Source of the DNA: Balanoglossus misakiensis
Taxonomy: Eukaryota; Animalia; Hemichordata
Assembly (NCBI GenBank): GCA_040954595.2
Contig: CM082576.2
Coordinates: 14,511,129-14,575,128, forward strand
Length of the DNA stretch: 64,000 bases
Direction of reading: 5' to 3'
Below the pieces are notes generated by a model that was not told the DNA's origin, did not search any database, and was given only the letters and a program-made list of their open reading frames with translations. Made by a program: the position numbers and the translations under genes. Position 1 is the first letter of the stretch. Each line of letters begins with the position of its first letter. Positions 47,559-61,593 of this stretch are shown piece by piece.

Positions 47559-50500
47559 TAAACTACTCGTATTCGCTCATTGCAAGAATATCGCTATTAA
47601 ATCACCACTCAAAGTCTCCCAAGTGTTTTGCAATATTTCAAAAACAATATCTGCTGAACGAAACCTCTTTTTATCGAAGTGAAATATTGCTATACATGTA
47701 CTATAGATACATGTACTCTGAACTGAGAGGGGAAATAAAATATATTTGAAACAAAATGTTTTAATGCAAAGGGGAAGCTGAACAATTTATTTAATTAGGC
47801 CAAAATAAAAAATATGCGCTGCTCCGATTACCCGAGCTACCCTAATTTTAACCCGCCGACCCTAAACTCTTTTAGATCTTCGTAAACGCGGAAGTAAAAA
47901 TTATGATGTCAAATATACATTTTTGAAAATTGCGCGAAATGTGACGAAATCGCGCGAATCACGCAAGAACTATGACGCCATTCTACACTACGGCGGCCAG
48001 AGAAATAAGAAAAATTGCAAAAATACAAAAAAAATTTCTAGGTGAACTATCCTCAGCACAGGCAATACGTTTTCTAAGGACCCCCCCCCCCCAAAAAAAA
48101 AAAAAAAAAAATTAAATAATATGTGCTGTTCCGATTACATGGTTTTCAAAAGTAGGATAGGTAGGTTGGGAAAATTTTGTATTTTTGCAATGTTTTCTTA
48201 TTTCTCTGGCCGCCGTAGTGTAGAAGAATGAACGACTGCCATGCGTTGCCAAGGATTGTCATGAGACAAAATTCATAAAGACGTGCGGGTTTCTGTAGAT
48301 GTACACGCGTACAACTTTTTGGTACATGTAAAACAATTATTTGAATAAGAAAATTTAGATTAAAGACCAACCAATAGCTGCCATTTTTGCATTATTTTCA
48401 CGATTGTTTTACTTTCAAACTTATAAGGGCCCACTTTAATGAGCGAACTATTGTCTATACACAGACATTATCAACCTCTGATTGTTGCACCGAAAAGTTA
48501 AATAATGAACGAATGCCGCGCCCGATAATTCAGCCACCCGTTGCAAGTACAGTGTACCTTACTACAGTGGTATGCGCACACGGTATTAGAATTTCCATAA
48601 ATTCAAAATGGTTGTTCGCCGTTTGTCAACTATAAGGAGAAGTAGGTTGAAGTATTTAATCGATTAAAAATATGGTAAAAGTGGCAGCTTGTGGGCTTTT
48701 CCATATGGTTTCACGAACCTCTCACACAGTACGTCAAGCCGGTGAAACTCGACAACAATCCTGTAGGCTAGAGATGAATGATTTAGTACAAGTTTAACGG
48801 TAAATTGTTGGCATTGCACGTTTCCGTTGGAAAAAAGAGGGAATATTCCCTATCGTTTATGGAGTTTCTGTTCAGTTTCGTTCGTTTTATTCTACCATTA
48901 GTCGGCCAAGCTACAAGAAAAATAAAAGTTACAGCTATGTTCTCCAAGAGGGCGCCCATCAAGCAGTTAAAATGCAAGCCAATATACATGCATTAAAATG
49001 CGGCGTGAATCGTTATGTGTGACCCCTGTCTGCCGTACCATTGAAATTCAGCCTTCACACGTGATTTGGTGACCGGTATTACCCCGGTCAGTCACATTTA
49101 CAGACACCATGCCGGACTTAAACGGAATAAATGGAGATGAAGAAGGTGAGGTCATTACAGCTAATTTACGTTTAGTCTTCTCCATTCGGTGACATTTCGA
49201 CAAACGACTTAAGACCAAACTCGTCTCTGTCTATCACGGCCGTGTGTCTCATGCGTGTTCACCCTTGTAGTATTTGGCGTGTACGGTGGTTGACCGCGAT
49301 CTGTTCCCGTGACTCTTTTGCGTGACTTCCGCTAGTAACTCGTCGAGAACTCACCAAGGTTGCTGTGCCTGTTCTGATATAGAGTACTCTTTTATCTCGC
49401 GGTCACACCGAACTGCGTTTGGTCTGGGTTTTATTGAAAGATAGTATGTAATTCGTAAAGAAGCTCTATTTTCAATCATATATACAGCATTGGCATTATA
49501 CATGTACTGACGCACCGGTTGATTACTGCTAGAGATGTACAGGACTGAGTCTGTTTAAGTTTGAGAAAGATGTTTTTTTTTTTCATTTTTCAAGTGGTAT
49601 CCAAAGTGAACACTGAGAGTGACATTTTCTTGGGGAGAACCATGTAAGACAATACTTCACGCGCCTGTGGGCGGAAGTCCGAATACCTTTGTTCATCAAG
49701 ACTGTCTTTGTGTGTATTTGTTGGAGATAGGCAGAAAGATTTTGACGGTCAATTGCGTCGAGATTACAGACTTGCCATTGGTAAAGTTAAGATTAAAAAA
49801 TGACAATCACATAGTTCTTGGTTTTCTTCCTTATATCCATTGGGCCCTATGGATATCCGTCGAAAACGTGTAGATACCCTTACTACCCATTGTTTTGTTT
49901 GTTCACGTTTGCCAGCTGTGTCCGAAAGTCCATCTTGTTTAATCTGGGCATTTGAAATTTGCATGTTTTGGGTCAGCAATGGAACTTCTTTTGTTTCATC
50001 CAAACTTGAATATGCAGATTGCATTTCAAAGTTGTCGCCCCCACTGTTCAGTAATAGTACCATTTCATTACTTCAACTTCCTTCGCACCGAAAAAAATAA
50101 AATCGTGGCCTTTATTTAATAACAATGAAGCGTGTTCCCTGAAGACGTGTAGGTTCTGACAAGATCCTTGGACCCACACCCCCTGGCCTACACCTCCAAA
50201 CGTGGAGGTACCACAGGGGTAAAAACATACTACTAGTATGTAGTGTTCTGAGCACCAAAGTTCGGGTTCTTACTCATTACGATATTGACTCATAGATTTT
50301 GTCTCGTTTCCTCTCAGTATGAGTAAGCATTATTGTGTCTGCAATATTTGCAAACCACCGAATATGGTCATTGTCACAATAGTATTCCATCCCCTCAAAT
50401 GCTTGGTGGACGCGCGACCCCCCCCCCCCCCCCTTCCGTTGTGTGGTGGTCAGCTGCACGTGTGATTAGCGTCGCGTCCTCGGGACATCGACATACGTAC

Positions 50501-50902
50501 TAGCCCGGAGACACAGGCGTCGATCTAGAATACAACGCCCGGTGACAGTCGAGAAATTTCCCGCTGAGCTGAAAGATAGTAGCCCTGGCAACGATCAGGG
50601 TCGCTTAGTAACGAATGGATAACGAGTGATCTATCAAATGTTGACGGGCGCCAGTGGTTGGATGATATAATTAACAAAGCTTGGTAAACCACTCCCACAT
50701 CCCGTCGCGGGAATTTCACACATGACTCCACCTCTATTTCCTTATTTAGAATGTGATGATGTCATTTGGTTTACATTGAGTGACCAATTAGCTTACACAC
50801 AAGATTTACCACCCGTGTCGTTCTGCGCACAGAATTCGGTGCGTAAATAGAGACTGTCCCCGGGCGTTCCTTTTCCCCTACTACGCCTGTGTCTCCGGGC
50901 TA
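50501..50902. mobile_element. MITE with TAG...CTA ends and 9-bp TSD
   Basis: TIR TAGCCCGGAGACACAGGCGT / ACGCCTGTGTCTCCGGGCTA; CATACGTAC at 50492-50500 and 50903-50911. Confidence 0.9.
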
Positions 50903-52139
50903 CATACGTACACGCGGACGCGCATTCAGTATCGCACAGACAGCTGACTGACACCTGACACAGTCTTTGACATGACTGCCCGTGCATACCAATAAACATG
51001 ACCATCATAACGTGGAGGCCGCATCTCCAATATTAACAATACAGGTCTGAGGAGATGAGGTCCCCACATTATCACCAGTCCCCTCAACTGTCATTCTCGC
51101 GACCTTCCGCAACGCAAAATTTGTTGCCGTAAAGGGGTCATAGTTTACGACGATGCCAAAATGTGATATGTTCCTCGATGAATGGCATAGATAGCCGGCA
51201 GGTCATGTGTGATTTAGAGACGCCAGGCGGTTGTTTTTGCCGGCTGTCGGCGTTTAATTAACGAAACACTGGGACTGTATGTTACCATGATGGTGTGTAT
51301 TAAAACCAAACTTCCCTATATGTTCATTAAAATAAAATAAGCTTGTTATTATTATTGCTATAGTTGACCGTGGAAGACATTCAGTGCGCGTGTGTAAATA
51401 CATAGGCCTAATCAAACTGTCAATAAGTACATCCGATCGTACTGGTTGTAGCAATGCAACGACCAGGAAAGCCACTAAATTTGTGAGTCGAGGTCATGTG
51501 TTTAAAAAGACGTCCTGTGTCACTATGAACTTTTGGTCGCCTTGGCCTAACCATTGTCGACAACTGCTACACAATAATAAATATCTAGGCCTAAACGATA
51601 TGCACCAAGTTTTATCAACGATCTAGCAAACTGTTTTAGGATACTAGTGAAATATTGGTGTTTAAAATAGAGAGAACGCAATGGCTTGTGGGAAGCCTAA
51701 CAGTCCAAGTTCGCATGTCATTTGTGAACTAGGCTAGGCTATTAGTGTTTTCGCACATTATATTAGGCATATCTAAAATAGTAATATCGGTTGATTCGCA
51801 TGGATATGCTTGATTTTATTAATTTCAATTGTTGTCGGTCCGTTTATAGAAGTACTGTTGGATAGAAGTTACTAAAATCACAAAAAGTCTCGTGTCACAA
51901 CTTCGGACTGGCCGCACCGGTATGGCCTAGACTCTGAGCTGCAGCAATATCACTGCAGGTGTGTAGGCCTATGGCCCTATGTATACATACGCCGCGCCGA
52001 TATAATATTCACACAGAGATATTTTACTTCACGAACGGAAACAATGTAATTAAATTTTGTGAAATAATATTAACATAATATAAAACATGCAGAGGTCATT
52101 CTGTCCAACCGAAAACACATGAGACCAGCAATTGTTTAA

Positions 52140-52280
52140 GCAATAAAACACCCCCAGCCATGGTATATCACGAGATTTTGACCAGTTCACGACATATACG
52201 CACGAGCGATAGCGAGTGCGTATATGAAGTTGAACTGGTCAAAATCGAGTGGTATACCATGGCTGGGGGTGTTTTATTGC
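52140..52280. repeat. Near-perfect 140-bp palindrome (foldback element) upstream of RCOR
   Basis: GCAATAAAACACCCCCAGCCATGGTATA...CATATACGCAC-loop-GTGCGTATATG...TATACCATGGCTGGGGGTGTTTTATTGC. Confidence 0.9.
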
Positions 52281-53068
52281 TATTATATTATGCCAGTATA
52301 TTGAAACTTTGCATAAAACATTTTAAAAAGGCATTTTCTTTAACTATGATATATGACTGTGGTATATGGCTAATATATCACGGTCACGTGTCGTGTCTCG
52401 ACCAATCAAATAGCGTGATTTACACCATCAATATACTGGTATAATATAATATATAATACTACACTACGTACCCACGTAGTAAATGCATATGCATTTGTAC
52501 ATGGCTTGTGTACGGTAGCCCAACAAAGCCACCACAGTTAGAAAAGGGTGTGTTTCTGTCTCCATTCGCCGGCCCTAAATGTACAAGAATTGAATGTATT
52601 TGCAATTTATTCAACCAAGCACTCGTTATAAATATGTATTGTCGTGAAATTTGATGAATTTTTTATAAAAGGTAATTTACGTGCAACATTTTCGATCGAC
52701 AGTATAAATGACTCGCCGTTTTACACAGTCCACACTTAATATCCACTCGCAAAAGAAAATAGTACAAATGTTAATGCCCCCAATACATTCAAGTCGAAAA
52801 GATCGAGTTGATAGACATAGTTCATTAAAATCAAATAGTGTTTGGATGTGGAATCTTAAGGAAGAATCCATGCTTACGCCTTGAACTTCATCTTTTTATC
52901 TAAAGCGCGTATTAATATCACCGACCATACGTAGGGATTCTTTACAAATAACCTAGCCTGGCAGAGAGTACGGTGACTCACACCGATCCCTACTTTACGT
53001 ACAGTCGGCCACCTTCAGTAATTGTAAATTCGGCATTTTAAGCCCAAGGGCTTGAGATAGTGACACAA

Positions 53069-56000
53069 ATGGTTATGGCAGATAGAAATGGCGATTCTGA
53101 GATCATTACCCGAAACAATGGGTCGCACATAGGTGGAGCGTCAAATGGACACATGTCAGAGGATAGCGCCAGCAGTAGCTCGGATGACGAACACGGTAAA
53201 CTGAGTTCTGGTGTTCTATAACCGACTTCATTCTTCGGGAAAAAGTAATGCTGGACGACCCATACCATTTCTTTTCAATATTACCCATTTTTTTATTTTT
53301 TATTTTTATTTTCAGAACCGGGAATGCGAGTTGGTGAAGAGTACCAAGCAACAGTTCCAGAAGCAATTACCGGTACTGCTAATTTCTTTGTGTCCTACGG
53401 TTGCCTTTATTCTGCTAAGTGACCTCGGAAAAGATCTGCATAAATTTTATGGATTTTTTTTCGGGAACAAAGGCCATCTGGTATTGGGCCGCATGTTTGT
53501 CTTTGGCCAACAAGAACATATTCTGGTTGCCATGAGTACATATTTTCAACAAAACTGGTGTAATGAAACAAATTTTGGGGGTAGTTGATTTACCTGAAAA
53601 ATGTGTGGCATCTATACATCTTATTAACATTAATTTGCATATGATCCAGTAAGGGTTCTTGAAAAAAAATTCTGGTCTTTTTTCGACGTATGACAGAATT
53701 CTAATTAAAGTCTTTCATATCATATCAGGTGTACTTTGATCAAGGTTATTTAAATCAACCATTTAATAACGTGTACAGAAAAAAAAATGAATTGGCTTTT
53801 TTGCCTAACCTTGAACAATGACTAGTTTGCCTATTACATGTATGTGATGTGAATATAAAATGGCTTTGGTTCTAGAGTTTCATAAATATTAATAATAATT
53901 AAAAAAAAGGCAAAATTCTGAAATTTAAATGCATCAAAGAAAAACTTATTTATTTTTCATTTGTATCAATCATTTTTGTTTATCAATTTTTGTTTACTTT
54001 GATAATTTTTTAATTGGTATTGTGTAATGTGAGTTTTTGATTATAGAAAAATAGTAAAAAAATCAGTATTCTGAAGGAAATATTTTCTGTTGGTAAGCCA
54101 TAGTGTCATCATGCAAGGTTATTTGTTCGTTCAAAAGTGCCATTGGACAAGGACACAGCTGTTAGGTCAAGGACACCACAGACATTTTAACCGGGACAGC
54201 TGAGCTCAGGATAAAATTGCCCGTGGGTGGAAACGAGACAATACATGCCACACAAAGCATTCAAACAGTGATGCTAGGATTGTTGTTGGGCTTACTCTTT
54301 CTTGCATCCTTTGCTTATAACAGTTATTTCAGTCGTCTCCTGTCTGTGTTTCAGTGGACTCACCTGCTTTAGTATGAACAGCATTTACTGTGTCGGAATA
54401 TTCTATCACTTTGTCATTTCAAAGAAATCTAAAGAAGTTTAAACCACATTGGCAGCTTTTTGTAACCTCTTAATCAAGCATTGTCAAGTAAAAAGCTAGA
54501 ATCCCAATTAAATAAAATTAAAAAAAAAAAATATTCACCCATGACAGGTTGCAAGAATTACAGCAAAAATTAATCAATGGTGATTTGTAGTTATTAAGCC
54601 ATATTAAGTGACACGTATGAGCCCTACTAATTTTATGTTGCGACATGTCATGGAAGAGACTGTAAACCACAGGAATTAAATCCAATTTTATTTTAAAAAG
54701 GTGAAATGGCTTGCAGGGGGATGTTTACTAGTAATTTAAGCCCATAAGAGGTTATTTCAGCCACCTGTGCATTTTGTCAACCAGTTCTTATTTTGATACT
54801 GGTGTGGTATTAAAGTATCATTCAAATGGTTTTATAGATGATAGGCTTTTATGATATTTTATTTACACGTCATTTTCTAAAAACTTATGTTTTCAGTAGA
54901 TATAACACCAGGTCATCGAGGGGAAGGACGACCTGAAGCACTTCTTGTTTGGGCTCCTACTGGGGAGATTGCAGATGAAAAATGTAAGTATTGTCCCACA
55001 TTTTTTCAGTTCAATAATTCATGAAAATAGGCTCAGATAGCCAGGAAATGTTATTGCAATAACCATTTACTGTTTAATATCGCAGACCTGTGAAAGGTCA
55101 TAGGTCAAGAAGTGCCTCGTACCATGTACTTGATTTACATAATGAACTTTTTTGAAAGAATAAATTTGAGAGAGTCATACTCATATACTGTGCTTTCCCA
55201 ATCTTTTCTGATCTGTTAGTAATTTATGAATTAGGTGTGCAAAATGACAATACAAAATACATGCCCTCTTACCCCCAACACTGAATTACATTACAGAATG
55301 GTGACCTTGTGGATACATTAACTCATAAATTTATTCTATATATATTGAGATCCTTACACAAATATCTGTATGTTATTTTAGTCAACTTTTGGATACATCC
55401 TAATGTCCGACCTTATTGTCTAGAGTTAGTTTTTCCCAGCTGAAGGCAATATTCATATAAAATATTCCTTGGTCCCACTCTAATAACCTTTGACCCTCTG
55501 CTGACATATGCATTGTCTCATCAAAATTTATCAAGTTGATGTTGGTAAGCACCAACTTAATACGACTTTCACACAATGATTGGGATAACTTGAAATGTAT
55601 TTACTTAATGTTACAGATTAGTAATGAATTTATTCATGATTTCCCTAAAAGAAGGGAAGTACATGTAAGTTGTAGCAGAGGTAACTAATACGCTGAAATG
55701 AGATACTTGGGTATAAAGCCACAATGAATGCTTATCTCTTCTCTATTTCTTCTCAGTGGATGAATATATCAAGGTAGCCAAAGAGAAGCATGGATACAAT
55801 ACAGAACAGGCATTAGGAATGTTATTTTGGCATCGACATGACATTGAAAAATCTTTGTCAGATTTGCCAAACTTTACCCCATTCCCTGATGAGTGGACAG
55901 TGGAAGATAAGGTTCTCTTTGAGCAAGCCTTCAGTTTCCATGGCAAAAGTTTTCACCGTATCAGGCAAATGGTAAGACAATTTTTCTGCTACTCTTTCTG

Positions 56001-59000
56001 ATTTGTGAAAACTGTCGAAGTACGGGTCAGATTTTGATAGTTTGTCAATAAGAGAAAAGATGAATTAGTATGCTGTCATCGGTGAATATGTTGAGTATAT
56101 GTGGATATGTTCTCAGTATTCTCCTTGTTAGGGATTTTAAAAGTATGAAACATGAGTTGTCAAATTCAAAAGATCTGAATGGCACGACTGACTGACATTG
56201 AATTGATGTCATTGCTGAGATAGAGTTCTTGCAAACAGCCTTCACATGGTCACCTTAAACTCAGCTTTTCACAATTCACAGTTGAAGGTTGTTCATGGGT
56301 GACCTTGCTGTACATCTCTTCAAGACACTTTCTTTGTTAAATGTTGAATGAATGGATGGATAGTCATATGATATTTATATTATAGGTGTACCCTCAGACC
56401 TTGGGTGGGGTGGGGTAAAAAGGAGGGAGGGGGGATAGAGTGAGGTTTTTCTTAGGTCAGAGAGTTTCTGGTGGTGTTCACTAGAGAATAAATATGAATA
56501 CATTGTTGCTTATCATTCTGTTTGGAAAGGTTTGAAAAATGAATTAAACATAGACTTTAATGATGCAAGACGACAAATCAATTATATGATCTGGAGAATT
56601 TATGATGATGAAATATTTGCTTTTTGTGTTCCTCTGAAAGAAGGTTTCCAATAGTTTGTAGACATATTTCACTTTGTAAAAAGCATGTCAAGTCATGGAG
56701 ATTAAGTGTAGTTTTTGTGCGTTACAATTTATTTTCTTGTCTTCCACAGTTACCTGACAAATCTATTAGTTGTCTAGTGAAATATTATTATTCCTGGAAA
56801 AAGACGCGCACAAGAACAAGTTTGATGGACAGACAGGCACGTAAACTGGCTGGTGGCAACAAAGAAAACAGTGGCAGGTAATTTTTTCTCCATTTTTATG
56901 TATATTTTTGTAAGTGGTTAAACTGACCCATTTTTATTATGAAAGAAAAGAGAACTTTATGTAGATCGGAGCTGAACTTTGCCCTCAGTGCGACTTTGCC
57001 AGAATTTAATCAGTGTTGTTCCTTCACATCTTATTAGCATAATAGTCAACGTGTCAACTGGAAAGCGCATTGAGATGTATTATGTAATGTGCTATATAAG
57101 ATATAAATATTATCATAAACCTGGTTTACAAAAAGAATATCAGATCGTGGAAATTCAAAATTTATTATGAATTAATTATCAAATTGAATCAAATTTCGAA
57201 GGTGAGTGAGACTCAGATGCTGAACTTGTTTGTATTTCAGTGATAACCCATCAGATGAAGAACATGCAGTTGATAGTGACTTTGATCCAGAACATCGGGT
57301 GAGTGTAGTTTTATTCAGTGAATATCTAAAGAACTGAAGAATTCAAAATTATTAAAATGTATTTGGAATATCAATACCAGGTTTGAAAACGTGTCATCTC
57401 AGAATGTTGTAAAGGCAAAATGGATTGAAAGTTGTGACTATGTCAAAACCTTGTGCATTGTATTGAATTTTGTAGGGTGATGGAGACAAGCACACATGCT
57501 CCAACTGCCAGACACCATCAAGTCAGATTCATTCCACTGCCAAGGGATCTCTATGCAATGCCTGTTACAGCTACTGGAGGTAGGTCTTACTATAGGCCAT
57601 TATATTGCCCAGTATGACCCCCATCACATACACACACAGGTCTGTAGTGTCTGATTTCATGAAAGAAATCAAACATGAAAGAGCTTGCTAAAGTTCACCC
57701 TGTTTGATGTAATCAGATGCAAATTTCTTCCAAGACTTTAATCCATTGTCCCAATGACATATAAGAGATAAATAAATATATTGGTTAGTATCTTGCATAT
57801 ACCGGGTAATAGAATATCTATAAAAAGAAAATTTAACTATGGTTCATTTTCAACAACCGTACTTAACTTTTCTAAAAGTGTTGAAATTGGCAAAATTTTC
57901 TGTTATGGGCATCATGATTGGGTTTCATAGTTCAAGAGCTGATTCTGTGATTGGTCAGTTTCTTTATATTTCTTTGATAGACCAACCAGTTGAATAAAAA
58001 TACGAGGTATATTCCATAATAACACTCCGCTTTCCCCCCCCCCCCAAAAAAAAAAAAATAACTGACCAGTCAGAGACAGCTTTGAGCTACTACAATACGT
58101 TTCCCCACATTTTATCTTCACAAAGCATTTGCTTATAGATGTTATTTTGGCGTCTCTATTGCCACTAGACGTACAGGTGTAATGAGGACCAATATCGGGC
58201 CGATGAAAAATGAAACCCCTCGTCCTGACCGACATAACCCCGTCAAAAGCAAACGCAAACCACCAAGGGGTATGTACCTGGACAAAGAAGATTTGATCGC
58301 AGTCACTAACGTCTCGTCACAGGGTGGCGATGTATTACTCAAACATCTAGACACGGAACTGGTGTCTTTGAAAAAAAAGGTTAGTTCTTTTTTGATTGTG
58401 TTGTATTCATAACATCTTGGAAAACTAAACTGTTGACTGTTGAAATTTTATGAAATAATCAAAGTTGTGCCAAGTGTCAAATTGATGATTTGTCCATACC
58501 CTGCCAATGACCATGATACGTGACTATTCTTATCATGTGGCATATCTTCTAGTCGTGGTGTGACCCACAACCACGCAAGTGGCACTACAACTCAAGAAGA
58601 AGCGATACAATCTACTTACATTCCTATGCTCTTTCTGCAAAAACAGAATAGTAGGTTATCGCCAGATATCACCTCCTCATTGAGTTGTATTGCTCATGTG
58701 GTCTTGAGTCACATCACACGAGTTGAAGATGAGTGTTATGCAGCCCTCAACCACATTTATTGCAATACAAGAGGTGTGGTGTCGGGTGATACTGCCATGG
58801 TAGATTACCAGACCAGACCAATGATTCTGGAAGTCAATACGATGTGTTTCTAAGTTTTAAACTATCTGTCAGTACTAGAGAAAATGGTTAAATGTACATG
58901 TTGTGATAAACATCCTACTCAAACTTCATCGTGTAGAGACTGTGAAATGATGTATACTGAAAACACTCTAATCTGTAATAACTGTTGTGGTGATTCTTGG

Positions 59001-61147
59001 CAGATACTGGTGTTGTTTTTCATTCTGTTGTTGACTCTTTTTAAGTTATGATAATTTGTCAGATTCCCCACCTTCTTGGTGATGTAAACTAAATCCTGCT
59101 TTTCCCCTCGTAGGTGCAATTGAACAAACAGATTTTGAGCCAACAAAAAGATAAATTTAATTTAAGTATGGAAGAGTTAAAGTTGCCTGAAAATGGCCAA
59201 CGCAATAATGCTCGTTGGACTAATGATGAACTACTAATTGCAGTTCAAGGTAAGAAAAGAAAAGAAAAGAAATTCTATCAAAAGTATTTGAGATACAATG
59301 CCATAGCTGCAGACATCTATGCAAGCATTTGTAGGAGCTGTGTGAACTATTTCAGAAAATTCACTTGTCAGGGAATAGTGTTCTTTTCATGAACTTTTAA
59401 AATTTCATTGTAGTAACAATATGAGTTGATGACAAGATACAGATTAAAGAGATTATTAAATATTGAAAATCTGCTACTCTAAATCTATCCAACAGTACTG
59501 TACTACATGAACAGAAGTAAATCTTGTCTGAGAATCCTTTGCAAGTTGAACAGAAATATCAGTCACTCTCAGAGTTAATGCAGAATTAAAACCTGTCTTG
59601 ATTTTAATTCTTGGCAAAAGTTTGACTTATAGTTTTTATGTCCCATGTTGGTATATATGGATCCAATGTTAAGGTTTTTGAAGAGAAAGGTTCAAGATGT
59701 TATGATGATTTACCTACATTTTGATTCTCTGTGGTTTAACTTTTAGCTGTACGAAAATATGGCCGAAATTACCAAGCAATAGCTGATGTGGTGGGAAATA
59801 AAACTGTGATGCAGGTGCGAAGTTTCTTTGTCAATTATCGAAGGCGATTTAGTCTGGACCAGGTGATAGAGGAGTATGAAGCTGAGAATGGGGCATCCAA
59901 GGATAACAGAAACAGTGATGAAGAAGTATGTGTGCTTTTAGGGTTTACACTATTAACTGTATTTATAGTCAAACTAGTGTAATAGTGGCCACCTCTACAT
60001 TGTGGCCACTTTGTTACAGTCCCTGTGCAGTTAACATGTACATTAATTGACCTGTCCGTAACGGCCACCTGTCTATAAAGGCCAGTTTGGGAAAGTCCCT
60101 TGACTGGCCACTATAGAGAGGTTTAACTGTACTACAGAAAGAAATGGCACTCTATAAAAAGTCTTGTGTTATTTTCAAGAGGGAAACATATAATGTTTGT
60201 GGAAATACTGAAATTGTAAATTTCGTGTTATTCTCATATGGAGAAAAGGGACATACAGACATGATTTTGGGGTGTTGTGCATTTTTGGAGTAACATCAGC
60301 ATTCAGTGACATTTGGTTTCAAACATTTTAGGTAATTTTATGTACCTTGCATCTCTAGATGAATGGCCAGAGTGATGCCTCGCCCGTCCCAGCATCTCAG
60401 ACTCCACCAACAACTGTGAATTCACAAAACAACATACCACCACCATTACTGCGTGGACCATCACAGCAACAGCAGTCTGTGCAGAGACCACCCCCACCAT
60501 TACAACAACCCACAAGGTAAGTGGAATCTCAGGCCAAAAGCCTTATTATTTTCACAAGGAAAAGCCTAGATTGACCCACACTGCCAGCAGTCTTCCGAAT
60601 TACTTCCCTAGTGCAGTGTTCTCCCCAGGAATTTTAAACACAGTATTGGCTAATCAGACATTTCTATTGTTTTCCAAAAATTAAAGGATAGTGGCCAATA
60701 TTCTTTTAATTGTTCTGGGGAAAACACTAACATTGTCAACTACCAATAGTGAAGTCAATGTAGAAATTATAAACAGGGATACTAAGTAATATAGAAATGT
60801 CTTTTTAGATCCCATTTGGTTTATATGTTTATATACCGTGGGACCTTTGGGATCGGTTGTGTCTGTATGTGTATGGATGGATGTGGCTATGTACCATGTG
60901 CCAAGTTCAAAATGGCCGCTTTGGTCTTGAAATGACAACATTGCTATTCTGTTTGTTTTGCAGGTTTCTTCAAGTGCCACGCAGTACTCCCATCCAACAA
61001 CCACCGCCACTAATACGTCCCAACGTGGCTCCTTCCATCATAAACCCCATCTCGCGCAGTCGTCCACCAATAATGGCCCCCCTGGCCATCCCCCCTCCAC
61101 AACTTGTTGGCAGTCAGAGGGAAACTCCACCACAAACCACGCAGTGA
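53069..61147 (+). CDS. RCOR: REST corepressor (CoREST) homolog, about 547 aa: ELM2-SANT1-GATA-like ZnF-linker-SANT2-Pro-rich tail
   Basis: Exons 53069-53195, 53316-53372, 54897-54983, 55757-55971, 56750-56877, 57241-57298, 57476-57579, 58169-58379, 59114-59249, 59747-59925, 60359-60516, 60964-61147 (1644 nt, phases consistent). Motifs [104 protein letters not shown]. Confidence 0.96.
58553..58722. repeat. Imperfect inverted repeat in RCOR intron 8
   Basis: GTGGTGTGACCCACAACCAC...TACAACTCAAGAAGAAGCGATA pairs with TATCACCTCCTCATTGAGTTGTA...GTGGTCTTGAGTCACATCAC. Confidence 0.6.
59966..60129. mobile_element. Tigger/pogo-like MITE in RCOR intron 10
   Basis: TA|TAGTCAAACT...GTGGCCACCT repeats...GGCCACTATAGAGAGGTTTAACTG|TA. 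Confidence 0.6.
60614..60729. mobile_element. Short hAT-like MITE in RCOR intron 11
   Basis: CAGTGTTCTCCCCAG ... CTGGGGAAAACACT inverted termini. Confidence 0.5.
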
Positions 61148-61237
61148 AAAAAAACACTATGGAGAGAACTTAAAACTGATTTTTTTTCAAAAGTAGTTTT
61201 CATTAGATTGATGATAAAGCAAAGTTTATATATGCTT

Positions 61238-61593
61238 CGGGGCTCGAAATTAGCAGCAAGTCACATACCAACTGACAACCAATTGCGCCTTACTGACTAC
61301 TGACTTTGCAAAATGGTGGTCATCACTGACTACCAATATGTGCAGCCATCTCAGCTGTGTGCTATTGACTAGGCAGAAAATAGCACTGACATGTATCAAT
61401 GCTGTATTACTGACAGGCGTACATGTTGCTGAAAAAAAACATTACACTGAACTCCTTCGATTTCACAAGAATATATTTTACTATACACAAAGAAATTTTG
61501 ACAACCAAGTTTGCATGGCTGACGACCAATTCATAAAATTGATGTAGTCACAACTTTAATACTGCCTAGGTGAAGTGTTAATTTCGAGCCCTG
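61238..61593. mobile_element. hAT-like MITE in RCOR 3' UTR region
   Basis: CGGGGCTCGAAATTA ... TAATTTCGAGCCCTG termini; internal TGACTAC repeats; TSD not recognisable. Confidence 0.65.

Noticed and set aside
49590-50090. Minus-strand ORF 49764-50063 and adjacent open stretches as a gene divergent from RCOR
   Set aside because: Protein-like composition, but no recognisable domain and no phase-consistent exon chain could be built.
56600-56640. C-box (ATGATGA) and D-box (CTGA) pair in an RCOR intron
   Set aside because: Only about 40 nt apart with no terminal stem or recognisable guide; not a credible snoRNA.
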